Below, one piece after another: positions 10,104 to 17,763 of a DNA stretch of 64,000 nucleotides. Each line of letters opens with the position of its first letter. The first letter of the stretch is position 1. Source of the stretch: Minisyncoccia bacterium (GTDB taxonomy: Bacteria; Patescibacteriota; Minisyncoccia; Phycocordibacterales; UBA918); NCBI GenBank assembly GCA_046598345.1, contig JBKJIT010000004.1, positions 265,226 through 329,225 of the forward strand, read 5' to 3'. The notes under the pieces were generated by a model. The model worked only from the letters and a program-made list of their open reading frames with translations. It was not told the DNA's origin and ran no database searches. The translations under genes were made by a program, and so were the position numbers.

Positions 10104-10760
10104 CTAGGGTGTTAACGTGGCTCGAATACTATCAATCTGTTTGTCTTGCACACTCAAAGATTCGCCAAGCGCCTGAGCGTCCTTTGTGAGATCCGTGAGT
10201 GCCATCCCAGAGCTTTTTTCACCCTTTATAAGGGTGGTAATGATATCGCTTTGAATCTGTGTCAGGTCCCGGAGGCTTGCACTACGATCACGCTCAAGTG
10301 CAATAAGTTTCTCCCATGCATCCAAGTTGGTTCCTTCAGACTGCATTCCAAGTGTTTCAAGCAAATGTACGTTTGTTTCTAAAATCTCAAATTCTCGTTC
10401 AAGTTTCGCAACCATAAGTGCCTTACGCTCAGAATAAAAACTCCCGCAACTTTCAAAAAGCTGCTGGACGACGAGGAGATCCCTGTTTCCAAGAGTTCCA
10501 AGAGTATTAATTAATGATTCAAATTCAGTCCGTCTCTCACAATCAGCAACGATAGTTGCAGTAACAGCATCTGCTTCATTTCTATCAGTAATTTCAGCGA
10601 GTTTCGACATGTGCGTATGTTCCTTTTTTATTGTCTCCATTAGTGTGGTGGCAGCTGCGGCCTTTTCATGATGCGCAACGAGTGCACTCACTGTAAGAGC
10701 AATTGCAAAGAAAACGAGGTGAACGGCAATGAGCAAATGGTTTTTTAAGAGTGATTGCAT
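10104..10760 (-). CDS. Hypothetical exported helical/coiled-coil protein
   Basis: 218-aa ORF tightly packed in the operon (2-4 nt gaps); N-terminal hydrophobic segment, heptad-rich body, two Cys. Confidence 0.75.
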   Translation of the reverse strand: MQSLLKNHLLIAVHLVFFAIALTVSALVAHHEKAAAATTLMETIKKEHTHMSKLAEITDRNEADAVTATIVADCERRTEFESLINTLGTLGNRDLLVVQQLFESCGSFYSERKALMVAKLEREFEILETNVHLLETLGMQSEGTNLDAWEKLIALERDRSASLRDLTQIQSDIITTLIKGEKSSGMALTDLTKDAQALGESLSVQDKQIDSIRATLTP

Positions 10761-10764
10761 ATGA

Positions 10765-12480
10765 CTATTCTACTATATGCTCAACATCAATAATTTCTTT
10801 TCTAATTTTTGCACGAGCACTTGCAACATCCTCTTCGATTTGTTCAATGAATGTGCTCTCTGCGCGTGTGAACTTCCCCTTACGCGATTCTTTAAGTTCA
10901 GCTACATTCGCATGAAGATTCGTAAGGATCGTGTCTAGCTCAGACTTTACAACGTCCTCAATCTCATGCGTCTCCGTTTGCACTTTTTTACGCCAGAGCG
11001 AAAGCCTATGGTATGAATACCAGCAACCGAATACAAGTAGAACAAGAAGAGCAAGAAGTGGCACAATGACTGAAAGGACACTTACCATAAAGGATCCAAC
11101 GCGCAGGTATCCAGGTTCCTCAACAATAATCCGAAGCGTATCCGACGGCTCACTGACTGCACCAAATGAGTCTGTGGCGACTGCAGAAATATCGTACACG
11201 CCAACCTCGAGTCTTGAATCCGGAATAAAGGTAAAGACACCGCTATCAATTGCTGTGACAATATAGGTCTCCGTTACACCGTTAGAACGAGTAAGTGATA
11301 TTTCAACTGTAGCATTTGGTCTCGTTGTACCCTTAAGTGCTGGAATAACTTCTGGACTTATTCGCTCGGGATATTCTGTAAAAAAAGGTTTCTCAAATGA
11401 CGAAACATCAAATGAGTACGTGGCAGCACGACTATTTCCAGCGCTATCAAACGCCTCCACGATTACTGTGTGTCGACCTGGAGGAAGTATGGGAAGCGTG
11501 TACTGTTTCGTACCCTTTTCATCTGCATATTCAATAAACTCACCTCCATCTATTTGAATGCGATACTTTAAGATCGGCGAGACGTCGGTAATGGTAAATA
11601 CGAGCGTTCGCGTGGGAGTATCTAGATTCTCACGTGCTATCTCAGCGATAGTGAATGCTGAGGGTGCCTCAGTATCAACCCCCAATCTTACGTGCGCGAC
11701 CTTACCCCAACCTTCAGCATTTTTAAATTGAATGTGGAAATACGAGACTCCTTGAGGAAGATCAGTGAGTGTCTTTTTTCGCAATGCCTCCTCGTACACT
11801 ATCGTCGGAATTGTTCCCGCAGTATTGTCGAGAAGCGTGCGTACCGCAGTCACATCACTCGGTACTCCCCAGGTGAGCTCTGCAGTCGTTTCCTTGTACC
11901 ATGCAGTCTGATCTGGATGCGTGGTCGATGTTACTACAGGTGCTTTCGGTGTGTTCGCTGGAGCAATATACTCTGGTTCGGGGTTTTCAGCTTGCGCTGA
12001 AATAGTGTAGGCTCCTCCATTCATTGCGGTGAGAACATTTGTGCCTAATCCATCTGCAGCAAGTACGGATCCACTTTTAAAAGTAAGTTTTGGATTTCCT
12101 GCCGCTGTTGGCCGAAGCGTAATGGAAAGAATAGTACCGCCACTGCCCGTATATCCGGTTGGAGAGCCGCCACCAAACGAGATTGTTCCCGCTGAATTGG
12201 AAAAACTCGGCTCCTCGGTCCATAGATTAAAAATTGAACCTGCGCGAGATACACTCACGACTGTTAGTTCGCGCGGATTAAAGCTAAGCTGTCCGTCAGC
12301 TGCGTTAACTGGCTTGCCTTGTGTATTAAGCACTACGTTAGCAGTAAATGTGCTGCCTGTCGTATACACGCCTGTGTCAGGACTTACGCGAAGAGTTGCT
12401 GCATATCCGATATGGATAATAGAAAAAAAGGCAACAATCGAAATTAAAGTACTTACAACTAGGGTGCGAATATTATTCAT
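10765..12480 (-). CDS. Membrane-anchored cohesin protein (cohesin, Ig-like domains, TM, cytoplasmic coiled coil)
   Basis: 'GSTFTANVVLNTQGKPVNAADGQLSFNP..SIFNLWTEEPSFSNSAGTISFGGGSPT'; Big-like 'GRHTVIVEAFDSAGN'; TM, then a ~80-aa charged tail. Paralog of 44243..45769. Confidence 0.85.
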   Translation of the reverse strand: MNNIRTLVVSTLISIVAFFSIIHIGYAATLRVSPDTGVYTTGSTFTANVVLNTQGKPVNAADGQLSFNPRELTVVSVSRAGSIFNLWTEEPSFSNSAGTISFGGGSPTGYTGSGGTILSITLRPTAAGNPKLTFKSGSVLAADGLGTNVLTAMNGGAYTISAQAENPEPEYIAPANTPKAPVVTSTTHPDQTAWYKETTAELTWGVPSDVTAVRTLLDNTAGTIPTIVYEEALRKKTLTDLPQGVSYFHIQFKNAEGWGKVAHVRLGVDTEAPSAFTIAEIARENLDTPTRTLVFTITDVSPILKYRIQIDGGEFIEYADEKGTKQYTLPILPPGRHTVIVEAFDSAGNSRAATYSFDVSSFEKPFFTEYPERISPEVIPALKGTTRPNATVEISLTRSNGVTETYIVTAIDSGVFTFIPDSRLEVGVYDISAVATDSFGAVSEPSDTLRIIVEEPGYLRVGSFMVSVLSVIVPLLALLVLLVFGCWYSYHRLSLWRKKVQTETHEIEDVVKSELDTILTNLHANVAELKESRKGKFTRAESTFIEQIEEDVASARAKIRKEIIDVEHIVE

Positions 12481-13510
12481 ACAGTTGCTCCTCTGGTGCT
12501 TTTTTTATGAGTGCCTTTTTCCGGCGTATGAGAATATATGCTAGTACAAGAACGACAAGAAGTGCTCCCCCAACACTAACGAAGAGCGAAGTTAAGCGCT
12601 CCCTGGAAATTGTACGGAGTGCCTCTTCAGGGACGAGAACTGCGATGGTCTCGTTACCAGCTTTGTCTATGGCCTTTACGCGAATTGTACTATTTAGAGT
12701 CTGATCTTTAAGAACATACGGACTCTCTGTTTCTACCCAAGGAGCATCCGCTCCACCCCATTTGAACGCATAGAAATCTTCGAGTGGTTCCTCGATGACT
12801 TCATAGTGATCGATTCCAGATTGCTTGTCTTGCGAGTTGAAGGAAATAAAATATCGGCCGCTAAACGCATTTTCTTCTCGAGCAAGTGAAATAACAAAAT
12901 CTGATGGACGAGCAGAATCTTGAGCAACTAGATCCTTCCAAGAGTCTTCCGTGGTTGCACCTGCATTTGGGAGCAAGACTATCGTGGCATCCTGCAAGCG
13001 TAAGTTGCTCTGGGTTCCTCTACCGTCATGGAGAAGCACTTGAGAAATACCGTCAACCCAAATTTTTCCACTCGCAGTGTTCCCTCCTGTGCCGACACTA
13101 AAACCTGGTGACCGAAACATCAGCTCGGCAATGATGTTTGTAAGGCTAGGATCTCCCGCAATCCTGCCACAGTAACCACCAGGAAGTCCTCCCGCAAAAG
13201 TAATCGTATGATTCGTCTCGTCGATCACTGGATCTTCAACCCAAATATTTAATATTGAATTTCCTCGTGAGACATCAACTGCGCGAATTGACGGATCATA
13301 CTTTATGACTATATCCACTGCATTGATGCACTCATCTTCGTCCGTATCGATGCGTAGCCCAATCGTTGCGGTATCTCCCCGACTCACCTGTAATTCTGAT
13401 GGGTCAAAATATAAAAGCGCTGCATTACTGGTGCTTACAATGCCAAAAAAAACTAATGCACTTACTATGCACGCATTCGCAAGCGAAAAAAGAGAGCGAA
13501 AAATACTCAT
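12473..13510 (-). CDS. Membrane-anchored cohesin protein (cohesin, Ig-like domain, C-terminal TM)
   Basis: 'GDTATIGLRIDT..CINAVDIVIKYDP..SILNIWVEDP..ITFAGGLPGG'; 'DKQSGIDHYEV...IRVKAIDKAGN'; C-terminal TM plus RRKK. ATG at 13510 is preceded by TATACT (track start 13567). Confidence 0.85.
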   Translation of the reverse strand: MSIFRSLFSLANACIVSALVFFGIVSTSNAALLYFDPSELQVSRGDTATIGLRIDTDEDECINAVDIVIKYDPSIRAVDVSRGNSILNIWVEDPVIDETNHTITFAGGLPGGYCGRIAGDPSLTNIIAELMFRSPGFSVGTGGNTASGKIWVDGISQVLLHDGRGTQSNLRLQDATIVLLPNAGATTEDSWKDLVAQDSARPSDFVISLAREENAFSGRYFISFNSQDKQSGIDHYEVIEEPLEDFYAFKWGGADAPWVETESPYVLKDQTLNSTIRVKAIDKAGNETIAVLVPEEALRTISRERLTSLFVSVGGALLVVLVLAYILIRRKKALIKKAPEEQLYE

Positions 13511-13599
13511 ACCGAATGCACATAGTATAGCAGTGGAGCACCTACCCTGACGCATAGCTACCCACATTTACGAGAACTGTGTAGGCTTTAGCATTAGGT

Positions 13600-13783
13600 G
13601 TTGGACGGTGTGCGTCCAAAATCAATTGTGAATAGGATTTTATGACGGACTTGGAAAATATAGTCAAGATGCTTATAACGGTTACTAAACGTTAGAGTGC
13701 GTCGTCTTCACAAGGCATAGGGAAAGCTTGTGAAGACGGGCTCCGAAAATATAGTCACTACGCTCCTTATTTTCGGGCCACCC
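13600..13783. repeat. REP-like hairpin repeat family B, two units
   Basis: GTTGGACGGTGTGCGTC...TGAATAGGATTT...GACGGACT..GAAAATATAGTC, and GTGCGTC-stem-GACGGGCTCCGAAAATATAGTCACTACGCTC. Both recur at 15423-15590. Confidence 0.7.
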
Positions 13784-13814
13784 TTTTGTCACGAAAATTT
13801 GAGATTTTCATGAT

Positions 13815-13885
13815 GGGTTTTTCTTTTATCCAGAAACCTGGATAAAAGAAAAACCCGTCTCGTGGTGGGAGATAGGGTTTTTCTC
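13815..13885 (-). terminator. Rho-independent terminator after 13902..15047, overlapped by a 19-bp perfect inverted repeat
   Basis: On the minus strand GAAAAACCC-T-ATCTC/GAGAC-GGGTTTTTC is followed by TTTTAT. Perfect inverted repeat at 13815-13833/13838-13856. Confidence 0.7.
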
Positions 13886-13901
13886 AACTCTTATTCTGTC
13901 G

Positions 13902-15047
13902 CTAGAACATCGGTGTTGCTATGTAGCGAAGTGTCGTCGTATAGTCGTCACCCGCTTCTTGCAATGCCGAGATTTGGACCTGGTAACCAATTCGTGCCCT
14001 ACCAAAACCGTTAGTAGTGCCGTCAGCTGGCCCCGTGTGACCCATAATCACAATCGGTGTTGTACTGCCAGATGCCCACTCGTTTGCATCGAATTCATCG
14101 ATACCAGCACGTGAGGTTGTTGCATCTTCTGAGGTGATCCCCCAGTGGCCGTATGTTGCCGTATCAGTGATGACCGCGCCTGGCGCCTGCCACGCTGTTG
14201 GCGTGTAGGTGTTTGCTCCATCGATGAATCCATCAATAGTTGCTCCAGTCGTTGACTGCAATGCACCGGTTTGCTCAACAGTTACGCTGTAGCCGTTTGA
14301 GGCATTTGTCGTAACTGAAAGGTCCTGTGCAAGCGTTTTCGATACGTTAATGTTTAGCGTTCCAAATGGAAGCGAGACACTCGTACTCGTTGCAGATGTT
14401 GTTGTAGGACTGCTGTTCACACTTGAACTTGCAGCCACTCCTGATACGGTAAACGTAAGAGAAGTATCAACACTTGCTGTCATGGTCACTTGATCAATGA
14501 TTGCTACACGAATTTGTCCGTCATCCGGTGACGTACCGTCTATATCAATTGGATACGAGGTCGTTGCCGAAGGATTCACAATCTGTGTATTACCTGCACC
14601 ACCAGCTGCTGCATGACTACCAATCTCAATTGAGAATGGGGTACTCGATGCCTGGCCGACGTTACTGGGTGAAGTGAAAGTGATCGTTTGACTCGATGTA
14701 CTTACACCCCAAATTCCAGATCCGTTTGTAGGAGCAATTGTTTGCTCTGTACCAGATGCAGTGAGATCAAAATCTTCAACACCAAGTGCTGGGATTGTGA
14801 ACTGTGCTGGGAAGGTAATAGTGATTGTTTGACCTGCAGTCATACCATTTGGCGATGTAAACGCGACGGTATGATTGGATGCTACGCTAGGCGCAGAATT
14901 GGACAAGGTATCGCTTGCGCTTGTGATTGATGACGCTTCCGCAGTGCGGAAGATTGTTGGAAGTCCAGTAGTCCAAAGGAACACTGCAAGTCCAACTATC
15001 ATCGCGACAGCCTGGAGAGTTCGCACGGTCGTTGCCGTGTGAATCAT
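13902..15047 (-). CDS. Exported two-domain WxL/pilin-like subunit (family I); candidate major structural subunit
   Basis: Signal peptide; N-domain 'SDTLSNSAPSVASNHTVAF' shared with 46486..48339; C-domain 'SLTFTVSGV..LPFGTL..AQDLSVTTNASNGY..GDDYTTTLRYIATPMF' shared with 1170..7367; own promoter and terminator. Confidence 0.75.
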   Translation of the reverse strand: MIHTATTVRTLQAVAMIVGLAVFLWTTGLPTIFRTAEASSITSASDTLSNSAPSVASNHTVAFTSPNGMTAGQTITITFPAQFTIPALGVEDFDLTASGTEQTIAPTNGSGIWGVSTSSQTITFTSPSNVGQASSTPFSIEIGSHAAAGGAGNTQIVNPSATTSYPIDIDGTSPDDGQIRVAIIDQVTMTASVDTSLTFTVSGVAASSSVNSSPTTTSATSTSVSLPFGTLNINVSKTLAQDLSVTTNASNGYSVTVEQTGALQSTTGATIDGFIDGANTYTPTAWQAPGAVITDTATYGHWGITSEDATTSRAGIDEFDANEWASGSTTPIVIMGHTGPADGTTNGFGRARIGYQVQISALQEAGDDYTTTLRYIATPMF

Positions 15048-15292
15048 AGGCTTTACGTTGTATTAATCGAATATGTTGACTCTAATAATGAGCGGCATTG
15101 TGGCGTTGTGCTCTTGCAACACCCTATACCTAGTAATCAAGGGAGTCTCCACCCCTCTTTGATTCACATTCAACATATTACGGGGACCAGACAATACTCG
15201 GCTGTAAGTATTGGAAACTCATACTTGCGTATTCATTTCAGAAATACATCTCTCACATGTATGAAATGTATACCTCCAATCACCGCAACTTC

Positions 15293-15334
15293 ATTGTAGC
15301 GTGCGCATTATTTTAATGAGTGTACTTATGCACA
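15293..15334 (-). promoter_or_regulatory. Putative promoter: TGTGCATAA-N27-TACAAT
   Basis: -10 TACAAT at 15293-15298 with a DnaA-box-like 9-mer at 15326-15334. The same spacing occurs at several other promoters in the window. Confidence 0.55.
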
Positions 15335-15422
15335 AAAATTAGTATAAGTATCAAGTATGAGTATGATTTTGCGCAGAGATACCTCGTCCGCTTGCGGCGA
15401 GGACCCTGCGAGCTGACGTTTT

Positions 15423-15590
15423 TACGGACTCAGGAATTATAGTCGCTACGCCACTCTTACATACTGGAACTCAACGTTGGACGGTGTGCGTCACATAATC
15501 CATTTTGAATAGGATTTAGTAACGGACTCAGAAATTATTTTGAAAAGCAAACAATTGCTTTTCAACTACGCTCTGTGATTTAGGGTCAAC
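15423..15590. repeat. REP-like hairpin repeat family B, two further units
   Basis: ACGGACTCAGGAATTATAGTCGCTACGC and GTTGGACGGTGTGCGTC..TGAATAGGATTT..ACGGACTCAGAAAT..CTACGCTC match 13600-13783. The repeat ends on the stop codon of 15586..16713. Confidence 0.7.
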
Positions 15591-16713
15591 CGGTCCAGTT
15601 GAAGAGAAGGATCGAAAAGTCTTCCAGTCCTACTTTTGCATTTTGATTTATGTCCGCAGGTGGATTAGAGTTGCCGCCAGGTGTACCCCACCAAAAGATA
15701 AGGATTGAGAAGTCAATAAGATTTACCTTTCCGTCACGATTGAGATCAGAATTACTTACTGCTTTCCCTTCTACTCCCACGAAGAGTGAAATTGCAGTGC
15801 CATACGTGCTTTCTGTTTTCAACGCGCCTGTACCTGTGATGAAACGTGCCTTTGCAGTATGTGTGTCGATTGATACTTCTCCCGTATCAAAAGCAACACT
15901 CCAATTACCAGAAGTGTCGGAGGTCGCTGTAAGTATTTTACGATTATTATCAATTGAAACTTCGACTGGCACACTTGGTACCGTTTGACCCGAAAGCGTA
16001 ATGGTGTCCCCCGGGTTTGGAGAGGCATTTGAAGCGCGAATCGTTGGCGGAATTAAAATCCCATTTACACTTGTTACTGCACCCTGCGTGACATCAAATG
16101 TTGTGTTGAAGGTAGCAGAACGTGTTCCCTGCGAATCATTTGCCCAGAAACTAAACGATGCTGCACCTGGTTCTGCATCAGTATTAAATAAAAACTCTCC
16201 TTTACTATTCGTACGCACACTTCCTATTGAATCGCCGTCCATAAGTATATTCACAGTTGCATTCGGATATGCCTTTCCTTGCAGAGTGACCTGCGTGTCA
16301 CCAAGAGCCTCGTTACTTCCACCTGAAGCAGAACTACCTCCACCTCCAGAGCTTCCGCCACCAGCATCTGCACGCTCTTCAGTACAGTCAGCAGCACAAA
16401 AGTCATCATCCTCATTGTTCCCATCATCACACTCTTCAGCATAAATTGTTTGCAAAACAGCATCTCCGCAATAGGGAGCCCAACGGCACACATCCGTACA
16501 CTGTCTCCCTAAAATTGTCGTGCTGTATGCACCCGTATCAGTTGGGACGTCGCAATCTTCTCCTGAGTTAACAATAACGTCTCCACAGATACTAATGAGA
16601 AGACTCGTGGTCGCAATCAGAGTCTGCCCATGCACAACACCAGCAAAGAAAAAAGGGAGACACAGTAAAACAAAAAAGTAACTTTTCATGAGATTACGAG
16701 TATTCAAAGCCAT
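15586..16713 (-). CDS. Dockerin cargo protein: Myxococcus-type Cys-rich repeats, G/S linker, two Ig-like domains, dockerin
   Basis: 'CGDVIVNSGEDCD', 'CGDAVLQTIYAEECDDGN..FCAADC'; GGGSSGGGG linker; C-terminal DLNRDGKVNLIDFSIL..DINQNAKVGLEDFSILLFNWTG. Confidence 0.85.
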   Translation of the reverse strand: MALNTRNLMKSYFFVLLCLPFFFAGVVHGQTLIATTSLLISICGDVIVNSGEDCDVPTDTGAYSTTILGRQCTDVCRWAPYCGDAVLQTIYAEECDDGNNEDDDFCAADCTEERADAGGGSSGGGGSSASGGSNEALGDTQVTLQGKAYPNATVNILMDGDSIGSVRTNSKGEFLFNTDAEPGAASFSFWANDSQGTRSATFNTTFDVTQGAVTSVNGILIPPTIRASNASPNPGDTITLSGQTVPSVPVEVSIDNNRKILTATSDTSGNWSVAFDTGEVSIDTHTAKARFITGTGALKTESTYGTAISLFVGVEGKAVSNSDLNRDGKVNLIDFSILIFWWGTPGGNSNPPADINQNAKVGLEDFSILLFNWTG

Positions 16714-16716
16714 ACA

Positions 16717-17652
16717 CTACGCTCGTCTCTTTCGAGAACGGACGGTGCGCACAATCACATAACCGAGAAGGCTTGCAAAGAAAAGAATTGGAATTATTAA
16801 AGAAAGCTTGTGTGGCAGAGAGAGTCCCGTGAAGCCAAAGCCTGCAGTTTGCAATGTGCCGTACGGCAAAATACTTACATTAACTTCCCCACTCAGTTTT
16901 ACTTCCTCGTCATTTTTAATTTCGAAACGTGCTAGGTAACTTCCAGATGGAAGCCTCGTTGGAAGTTCTGCAAAGACAGTTTCAGTTTTAAAGGGATTTA
17001 CAGTAGCAATCTTTCCTTTTTTGTGGGTTTCTTCGAGAAGCACTTTTCCGGATGCGTCATAAATTCTAAATACCACGTCACTTGGTGCTACGGGGATATT
17101 ACCCAAATTTTCAAGAAGCATTTCGAATCGGATCCTTCCTGGGAAATAAAGCCATCCTACTTTATGTCCTTCATTCAAATCAGAGATCCCAATTTTTCGT
17201 ACCTTGAAATCTTTAATTTCTTTATCAATAACACTAAGCTTTACATCTATCTGAGCGCCTAATGAAATATTTACTGCACCACCTGCAACCTGATCATCAG
17301 GAGTTCCTGTCTTTATACGAATGTTTCCAGTGTAGTCTCTAAAATCAGCCTTATCAGGAACCTGAACTCTCACTGTCATGGGAACTTTCTGAGCGCCCTG
17401 AGGAAGTAAAAATTCATTTCCCTCTACAATAGTAAACCAATCATTGACTTCAGGAACATCAATACTAATAGTTGCTTTGAGAGCAGTTGTCGGATCACTT
17501 CGTACTAAATAAATAATTTGCTCATACTGGGAGTTTCTAGTAAGGCTGGAATTTGTAACATAGGGAGGTGTAATACCGAAGCCAGCAAAAACTGTGTGCG
17601 CAAGGGAAAAGAGCGCTACAAATGTTAAAAAAAGAGAGCTAAGAAATCTCAT
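16717..17652 (-). CDS. DUF916/WxL-interacting-like membrane-anchored protein
   Basis: Signal peptide 'TVFA'; 'GFGITPPYV', 'VRVQVP..DYTGNIRI', 'ENLGNIPVAP', 'GSYLARFEI'; C-terminal TM plus RSRKRR. Lies directly downstream of the family II subunit gene. Confidence 0.65.
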   Translation of the reverse strand: MRFLSSLFLTFVALFSLAHTVFAGFGITPPYVTNSSLTRNSQYEQIIYLVRSDPTTALKATISIDVPEVNDWFTIVEGNEFLLPQGAQKVPMTVRVQVPDKADFRDYTGNIRIKTGTPDDQVAGGAVNISLGAQIDVKLSVIDKEIKDFKVRKIGISDLNEGHKVGWLYFPGRIRFEMLLENLGNIPVAPSDVVFRIYDASGKVLLEETHKKGKIATVNPFKTETVFAELPTRLPSGSYLARFEIKNDEEVKLSGEVNVSILPYGTLQTAGFGFTGLSLPHKLSLIIPILFFASLLGYVIVRTVRSRKRRA

Positions 17653-17717
17653 TATATAAACCGACCACCAAAATAATGGCGACAATTAATTATCAAACGG
17701 TTAAGCCATAAACGCAA

Positions 17718-17743
17718 GAACCACCGTAGGATAACGGTGGTTC
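17718..17743 (-). terminator. Stem-loop after 17764..19590 (probable terminator or stabiliser)
   Basis: GAACCACCGT-6 nt-ACGGTGGTTC, a 10-bp perfect stem about 20 nt after the stop codon; the U-tract is weak. Confidence 0.55.
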
Positions 17744-17763
17744 AGAACATAGATTTTAACTAA

